A DNA stretch of 64,000 bases from Candidatus Marinacidobacterales bacterium (GTDB taxonomy: Bacteria; Acidobacteriota; Vicinamibacteria; Marinacidobacterales; DATDRI01), in assembly GCA_965219415.1 (NCBI GenBank), contig OZ244742.1, positions 416,001 to 480,000 on the forward strand, given 5' to 3'. Both the position numbers and the translations under genes were made by a program. The notes under the pieces are model-generated. The model saw only the letters and a program-made list of their open reading frames with translations, was not told the DNA's origin and ran no database searches. Positions within the stretch are counted from its first letter, which is position 1; each line of letters starts with the position of its first letter. Positions 58,092-64,000 of the stretch are shown here, in pieces.

Positions 58092-60464
58092 TTGCACGCC
58101 CGCTCCCAGCTGCTCTCGGTAGCACTGTTGTCCGCGTCGCTTCTTGCATTCGAAGTGACACTCCTTCGCGTCTTCTCCATCTCCCTCTGGTATCACTTTG
58201 CTTACTTGATCATCAGTGTCGCCATGCTTGGTCTGGGGGCGAGTGGGACGCTCCTATCGATCGTTCAACCACGTTCCGGTGCAGCCGACCGCCTATTCGC
58301 ACCCTTGGCCCTCGGAACCGCGCTAGCGGAGGTCGGTGGACTCGCCGCCGCATTACAGATCCCGTTCGAACCGTTCATGATCGTCTGGGCACCCAAAGAA
58401 GCCCTATGGTTGATGGCCTTCTACCTCTTTCTGGGTATCCCTTTCGGTCTGGGCGGTGCGGCGCTCGCCTTGGCACTCATCGGTTGGAATCGTGTGCGCA
58501 TGGTCTATTTCTCTGACCTCATGGGCGCGGGCCTTGGTGCCTTGTCGATTACGCTGCTTCTGTATTGGATGGAGCCGCTGCAGGCGGTTGGGCCGGTCGC
58601 CATCGCGGCGGCGCTCGCGGCGGCGGTGGCCGCACCGCGCAGACGCCTTGTCCTGCTTTCCCTCGTCGCCGCGCTAGCCGCACCGATGACCGCTTCACTC
58701 ATCCCCCATGAGGTATCCCCGTACAAGGGTCTGGCCATCGCGCTGGAAGCCGCCGGCTCACAGAGAAGGGCCCGCGCGATAAGCCCGCTCGCCGTGGTCG
58801 ACGCCGTTGCCGGACCGACGGTTCGTTACGCGCCAGGCCTCTCGCTCCAATTTACCGGGGACATCCCCCAGCAGATCGGGCTCTTCTCGGATGGCGACCA
58901 GTTGGGCTCGGTTACTCAGGCTAAGGGTTCCAATCTGACCTTCCTCGATTACATGACCTCTGCCTTGCCGTACCGCTTGGCCCCCCCAGATCCTTCCGTG
59001 CTCGTCCTCGGCGCAGGAGGAGGGCTCGAGGTTTTGTCGGCGCTGCACCACGGGGCGCGACGTGTCGTTGCCGTCGAGCTCGACGAGAACGTCGCGAAGA
59101 TCGTCGGAGATACGCTCCGCGAAGACAGCGGTGAACTCTACGATCATCCGGCAGTCGAAGTGCAACTAACAGAAGCCAGGCGGTTTCTCGAAACGAGCTC
59201 GGAACATTTCGACGTCATCAGTATCTCCCTACTCGACTCGTTCGCCTCCTCAGCCAGCGGAGTCCACGCGGCGAGTGAAAGCTACCTCTATACGGTGGAG
59301 TCTCTGGAGACGGCGATAGATCGGCTCTCCCCAATCGGCGTGCTCGCGCTCACTCGTTGGGTCAAGACGCCCCCTCGGGATGTGCCTCGTATATTCCACA
59401 CCGCTGTGGCGGCGCTAGAAAGTCTCGGTGCGAGCTCACCCGGCGATCACCTGGTGGGAATCCGGAGCTGGGCAACCGCAACCTTATTACTGAGGGCCTC
59501 ACCCGTGAGCGTCGCCGACGTGGAAGCGGTGCGCGAGTTCGGTGAGACTCGAGCCTTCGACCGTTTCTGGCACCCCGGGCTCGCGCCGGAAGAGACGAAT
59601 CGCCATCACGTGTTGCCGGAGCCGTTCTATGCCCATAGCGCCAGAGAGATGCTGTCTTCTCGGCGAAACGAGTTTCTCCGCCAATACCCGTTTCAGTTGG
59701 AGGCCCCGGTGGACGACCGGCCCTACTTTTTCAACTTCTTTCGGTGGGATACGTTGCCCTCGCTCGTAGCCGAATTGGGACTGCAGTGGATCCCCTTCGT
59801 CGAATGGGGCTACGTGATCTTGCTTGCTGTGTTCGCGCAAGCGGTGGTTGCCTCGATCGGGCTAGTGCTTGCTCCACTCATCCTCGTTCCCAACTTGCGG
59901 CGACTGGAATACGGCCGTTCTAAGGTCGCCCTCTATTTCGGATGTCTCGGGCTGGGCTACCTTTTTCTCGAGATCGCGCTCATTCAGAAGTTCACGTTCT
60001 TCTTGTCTTATCCAGTCCTCTCGGCGACAACGGTCATCGCCTCCATGCTCGTCTTCTCGGGCCTGGGTAGCCTCGTGAGTCATCGCTTCCCGCTTCCCGC
60101 TGTAGCCGCCGGGATCGCGGTTCTGACGTTCCTCTACGCCATCGCCCTCAACCCCTTGTTCTCGATTCTCCTCGCTCTCGGCGACGCGGCGCGAGTCCTG
60201 ACCACTGCGACTCTGCTTGCCCCCATCGCGTTTTTCATGGGCATACCCTTCCCCTCCGGCTTGGAGCAAGTGAAAGCCAAAGCCGCACCGCTAGCTCCCT
60301 GGGCGTGGGCGATCAATGGCTGCGCCAGCGTGTTGGCGCCACCCCTCGCCACCCTCCTCGCCATGAGCATGGGCTTCCAGGTCGTAATGGCTTCGGCGGC
60401 TGGGCTCTACCTGATTGCCGGGGTAGTGGTCGATCCAGGCAAGGCCTTCCGACCCAGCGATTAG
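58092..60464 (+). CDS. Polytopic membrane protein with central spermidine-synthase-like SAM domain
   Basis: N- and C-terminal TM bundles; VLVLGAGGG, AVELD, ESYLYTVE, DDRPYF, WAWAING. Confidence 0.85.
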   Translation: MHARSQLLSVALLSASLLAFEVTLLRVFSISLWYHFAYLIISVAMLGLGASGTLLSIVQPRSGAADRLFAPLALGTALAEVGGLAAALQIPFEPFMIVWAPKEALWLMAFYLFLGIPFGLGGAALALALIGWNRVRMVYFSDLMGAGLGALSITLLLYWMEPLQAVGPVAIAAALAAAVAAPRRRLVLLSLVAALAAPMTASLIPHEVSPYKGLAIALEAAGSQRRARAISPLAVVDAVAGPTVRYAPGLSLQFTGDIPQQIGLFSDGDQLGSVTQAKGSNLTFLDYMTSALPYRLAPPDPSVLVLGAGGGLEVLSALHHGARRVVAVELDENVAKIVGDTLREDSGELYDHPAVEVQLTEARRFLETSSEHFDVISISLLDSFASSASGVHAASESYLYTVESLETAIDRLSPIGVLALTRWVKTPPRDVPRIFHTAVAALESLGASSPGDHLVGIRSWATATLLLRASPVSVADVEAVREFGETRAFDRFWHPGLAPEETNRHHVLPEPFYAHSAREMLSSRRNEFLRQYPFQLEAPVDDRPYFFNFFRWDTLPSLVAELGLQWIPFVEWGYVILLAVFAQAVVASIGLVLAPLILVPNLRRLEYGRSKVALYFGCLGLGYLFLEIALIQKFTFFLSYPVLSATTVIASMLVFSGLGSLVSHRFPLPAVAAGIAVLTFLYAIALNPLFSILLALGDAARVLTTATLLAPIAFFMGIPFPSGLEQVKAKAAPLAPWAWAINGCASVLAPPLATLLAMSMGFQVVMASAAGLYLIAGVVVDPGKAFRPSD

Positions 60465-60542
60465 TTCTAGACGGAAGATTCTTGACACGCACGATGGGCG
60501 GGGGTAGGCTCCTTCGTCACTTCGGAGCCAAAGGAGCGTCTG

Positions 60543-62018
60543 ATGAATTCCCACAAGATGATGATAGTTCCCGCCATGTTCGTCTTTTTCGGCTTATCCA
60601 CGTCGGGCTGCCAACCTGGGCCAACGCTAACCGCCACCGTGGACGCCAACGAGCAAGACGCCGCCCAGGCCTCCTCGGGCAAGTTTCCTACGCACGCCGA
60701 CGTCTTCTCGCCCTCCACTTTCGCCACGCGCCGCACACGACTCGCGGAGAGCATTCCCGATGGCCTCGTCGTTCTCTTCGGTGAAAAAGGCGTTATCGAT
60801 GCCTGGGACGAGCACCGACACAATGCCTATTTCCGCGTGCAAGGATTCCGACAGGAGGAGAACCTTTTCTATCTTACCGGTCTGAGCATGCCGGGCGTCG
60901 CATTCGTCCTGACTCCGAAAAGCGCGATGACGCGCGTTTACGTTCCGCGAGTCACGGACAGAGTCGAGGCGGAATTAGCGCGGCTCGGCTTGGGTGCGCC
61001 TATTCCCATGGAACGACTCGAGACGGATCTCGACAATGCGATTGGGGCCGACCCCGTCTATATGGTGGCGAGAAGTCAAGATTCCGTTTCCAGGCAGGCG
61101 TCCTTTGGAATCCAGGCACCCTTCCCTCCGTTCCTTCCAGGTGGTGAGCACGGCTCGTATCGCGAAGACGCGATCGTGGAGGCCTTCGAGAAGCGATTCC
61201 CCAAAGCCGACGTCCGCTCCATCCTACCGATCACGGAGGAAATGCGGCGGGTAAAGGATGACGAGGAAATCGCCGCCTTGCGACGAGCCGCGCAAATATC
61301 CGCACGAGGAATCATGAAGGGCATCGCGACGGTCGCTCCCGGCGTCGACGAGCGCGAAGTGGCGGCCGAGATCGAGTTCGCCTTCCGACGGGCGGGGGCT
61401 CAGTTCACGGCATATAGCGCCGATATCCAATCGGGCCCGAACTCGATGCGTGGCTTCATCGATATCTTCGGGTCCTACGATCTCGAGAACCGCACGATGG
61501 AGGCGGGGGAGTTGGTGATGGTCGACCACAGCGCCGAGGTCAACTACTACGTCTCCGATCTGGCGAGGACGGTGCCGGTCTCCGGTCGATTCAATCCCGA
61601 ACAGCGCTTGGCCTACGAAACCTACCTCGCCGCATTCGAGGCTGGACTCGAGGCGTTGGGCCCCGGGGTTCCGTTCATGCGCGCCGGCGAGATGGCTGCC
61701 CAGACGATGAAAGAACGATTGGACGGCTTACCCGATTGGTTGCGCGGCCCCGCCGAACGATTCGCCGAGCGGGTCGGCAAACGCCGTTCGGGACACTATT
61801 TGGGAATGAACATGCATATTCACGAGGACTACACCTCTCCTCTCCGTCCGGGACAGGTGATGTCCTACGAATTGCATCTTTATGTTCCCGACAAGGGTTG
61901 GCGCATTACGTTGGAAGAAGTCGTCTTGATCACCAATGACGGTCACGAGGTGTTTACGAAAGAGCTGCCCCGATCGGCCGATGGTATCGAGAAATTGATG
62001 CCCGGCGGGGCTTCCTAA
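60543..62018 (+). CDS. M24 Xaa-Pro aminopeptidase family, probable lipoprotein
   Basis: QEENLFYLTG, RRVKDDEEI, D..SDLART, GHYLG, E..EE; hydrophobic N-terminus ending TSGC. Confidence 0.85.
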   Translation: MNSHKMMIVPAMFVFFGLSTSGCQPGPTLTATVDANEQDAAQASSGKFPTHADVFSPSTFATRRTRLAESIPDGLVVLFGEKGVIDAWDEHRHNAYFRVQGFRQEENLFYLTGLSMPGVAFVLTPKSAMTRVYVPRVTDRVEAELARLGLGAPIPMERLETDLDNAIGADPVYMVARSQDSVSRQASFGIQAPFPPFLPGGEHGSYREDAIVEAFEKRFPKADVRSILPITEEMRRVKDDEEIAALRRAAQISARGIMKGIATVAPGVDEREVAAEIEFAFRRAGAQFTAYSADIQSGPNSMRGFIDIFGSYDLENRTMEAGELVMVDHSAEVNYYVSDLARTVPVSGRFNPEQRLAYETYLAAFEAGLEALGPGVPFMRAGEMAAQTMKERLDGLPDWLRGPAERFAERVGKRRSGHYLGMNMHIHEDYTSPLRPGQVMSYELHLYVPDKGWRITLEEVVLITNDGHEVFTKELPRSADGIEKLMPGGAS

Positions 62019-62046
62019 ACCGGGGTTCAAGTCGAATTGAGCCAAC

Positions 62047-62331
62047 TCAGTTTTCCACTTCGACGCCGTTCCAAAAAGCCACGTAGTCCTTGAACCGCTT
62101 CGCAGCATCCTTGGGGGTGGCGTAGTACCAAGCGGCGTTCTCGTTGACGTTCCCGTCGACGACGACGTTGTAATAACTCGCCGTCCCCTTCCACGGACAA
62201 ACGGTCTCCTTATCGCTGGGCTGCAGGTACTCCTTCCTGACGGATTCGGGAGGAAAATACTGATTTCCCTCGACCACTTCCGTCTTGTCCGACTCGGCAA
62301 CAACCTTGCCATTCCACATCGCCTTCGCCAT
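62047..62331 (-). CDS. DUF427 (nucleotidyltransferase-like) protein
   Basis: WNGKVVAES, VEGNQYFP, CPWKGTASYY, AAWYY. Confidence 0.92.
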   Translation of the reverse strand: MAKAMWNGKVVAESDKTEVVEGNQYFPPESVRKEYLQPSDKETVCPWKGTASYYNVVVDGNVNENAAWYYATPKDAAKRFKDYVAFWNGVEVEN

Positions 62332-62370
62332 TCGCTGTCCTCCTGTATTTAAAGACTCTTCGTCCTTCAA

Positions 62371-62443
62371 CCCCTCTCCCTTCCTGTTTGGCCGTCAAAA
62401 TACGCTGTGCCACAGAAAACGGTGGCCAGACGGCGGGTGAGGG
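62371..62443. repeat. BoxC-like element carrying module B
   Basis: ccctctccc...gggtgaggg ends; 62389-62443 matches the reverse complement of 29172-29226 except in the loop. Confidence 0.75.
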
Positions 62444-62556
62444 TAAAACACTCCTTCCGTTTTGAGATTCCATTGTGACGAGCCCGCCTGTTCCGCGCAA
62501 CCCGAAGCGCAATCGCTGACTGTGATTTGCGCGACCAAAGCGGAGCGCATCTCACT

Positions 62557-62585
62557 TTGACAGAGCCTCCGTCGATTGCTAAGCT
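62557..62585 (+). promoter_or_regulatory. sigma70 promoter of the lipoprotein gene
   Basis: TTGACA-17 nt-TAAGCT with TGn extension. Confidence 0.6.
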
Positions 62586-62612
62586 CTCCTGTTTGAGATG
62601 AGGATAGACACC

Positions 62613-63137
62613 ATGAGAATTCGCACCATCGTCCCTCTTATAGCCGCCGCAATGATTGGCGCCTGCGGTAGCGACAACAGTCCAACGAGCCCAACCAGCC
62701 CAACGTCTCCTCCCCCGGCCTCGACCGCTCCGCAGTTCGAGATTACGACTCTGATCACAGTTTACCGGAACTCCGACTCCGACGCGCTGTGGAGTCGTGG
62801 CACGACGACCGACGCGCGCATCGGCCAAATCCTACTGGGAGTCGACAACCTGAGCACCGCCGTCGGCGCCACGAACTTGAACAACGAAGCGGCTCGAGAA
62901 GCGCTTCAAGCCGCCATCGATCGCGTCAACGACCAGTTTACGGACGCCGACTATCGCACAGCCTTCGATGAGACCGCGGGACGACTCAGGCGCTACCTGA
63001 ACGATGCCGACAACGATAGCTGGTCCATCGACGGCCGGCATGGGACGGGGCGCGACTGGCCTCACGACGGAAGAAACAACGGCAATGATCCCGATGGCTG
63101 GACGGCTCAGATCGTCGTCACCGTCACCGAGCTGTAG
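62613..63137 (+). CDS. Hypothetical lipoprotein
   Basis: Signal peptide with IGAC lipobox; SPT-repeat linker; own promoter and RBS. Confidence 0.75.
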   Translation: MRIRTIVPLIAAAMIGACGSDNSPTSPTSPTSPPPASTAPQFEITTLITVYRNSDSDALWSRGTTTDARIGQILLGVDNLSTAVGATNLNNEAAREALQAAIDRVNDQFTDADYRTAFDETAGRLRRYLNDADNDSWSIDGRHGTGRDWPHDGRNNGNDPDGWTAQIVVTVTEL

Positions 63138-63216
63138 CCAGAAACGTAGCTCACTCCGCCACTAGCACAGCTGGAGTGAGTTAGGAGGCACAGGTAGTTA
63201 CCATGCCTCGCTATTA

Positions 63217-64000
63217 CTAACGGAAGAAGGCACCTCCCTCACATACGTTTCCACAAAGCCTCGGCGACTCGTCGAGCTTGGGAAACACGCCTTGCTTGAA
63301 AACGAGGCGGCCGTTGATAACGACGGCATACACCGGCGCTCGGCTCATGCCGAAGAAAAAGTGGTCGGCGAAGTTCTCAACCGTGAGCGGCGTTGCCGGT
63401 TGATGGTCCAACACCACCAGGTCGGCCCGCGCCCCTGGCTTGATCTTTCCGAGGGTCGGGCCGAAGAGCTCGGTGGCCAGCAAGCCGTTGCCCGAGAACG
63501 TCGACTGAAACGCCTCCCGCTTGGCTCCCGAAGAAGCACGCCCCGTCACGCGCTGAATAGGGGCAGTCGCTCGGAACTCCTCGAGCACGCTGGCGGTCAC
63601 CCCATCGGTGCCCACCATGGTAGGAATTCCCGCTCCCCGGAGACGGGTTAGATCGACGGTGCCCTCTCCCGCGACACCCGACGGCGCGTACACCGCTCGC
63701 TCTGAGCTGACGATAGTCCGCCTCCTCCAGATGAACACAGTGGACAGCCAAGCTTCCTTTCTTCAGCACGCCGCCGGCTACCAGGCGCTCGACCGGTGTC
63801 GCTCCATGCTCCCGACGTGTAACCTCGAGATCGCCACGGTCCTCCGCCACGTGTACATGGAAACAGCCGCCGACCTCGCCGTGAGCAGCGACAACCTGCT
63901 CGAGAGTCGGACGGGAGACTGCGTGAGACGCCTCCAATCCAAACAGCCCACTCATCATTTCCGAGCCTTCCGCCTTACACCGCTTGATGAATCGGCGATT
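63217..64000 (-). pseudogene. ssnA: SsnA-like amidohydrolase, 3' part, frameshifted/deleted, truncated by window edge
   Basis: FHVHVAED, AVHCVHL, GTDG, GKIKPGARADLVV.D....TPL..EN...H..FG; frame break near 63680. Confidence 0.75.

Noticed and set aside
62367-62828. 153-aa minus-strand ORF
   Set aside because: Antisense to the lipoprotein gene and runs through its promoter and a repeat; no coding features

Overview
GC-rich bacterial chromosome segment, most likely Acidobacteriota (Vicinamibacteria-like). This is inferred from GWxTD, CRTAC1/ASPIC-UnbV and Oar-type TonB receptor genes and from clpC-bamA synteny. 1-34 kb is a long minus-strand housekeeping run: amrS, HDAC, fab/plsX/rpmF, deoB-hfq-miaA, SpoIID, lpxI/lpxA/fabZ/skp/bamA, clpC, lolCDE, lysS, nusB, ribH, crt/hbd/thiolase, upp. 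34-52 kb holds a nucleoside salvage operon (pdp-nupC-punA-cdd, hpt) interleaved with an envelope module (TonB, TBDR, TPR, two CRTAC1, GWxTD), an ISL3 element and an ISL3 remnant. It also holds an RpiB and a DeoC that both carry microcompartment-type N-terminal extensions. 51-64 kb holds a second hpt preceded by tandem NrdR-box-like sites, a selenium/molybdenum-hydroxylase accessory cluster (cysK-like, thrC-like, yqeC, mocA, xdhC, broken arcC, ssnA), pcm with a membrane spermidine-synthase-like gene, an M24 peptidase and an orphan lipoprotein. Three modular families of structured intergenic repeats are dispersed across the window; two show compensatory substitutions between copies. Frameshifts and internal deletions cluster beyond ~42 kb and may be sequencing or assembly errors. 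No tRNA, rRNA or CRISPR array was seen. All calls come from motif recognition by eye; no database searches were run.
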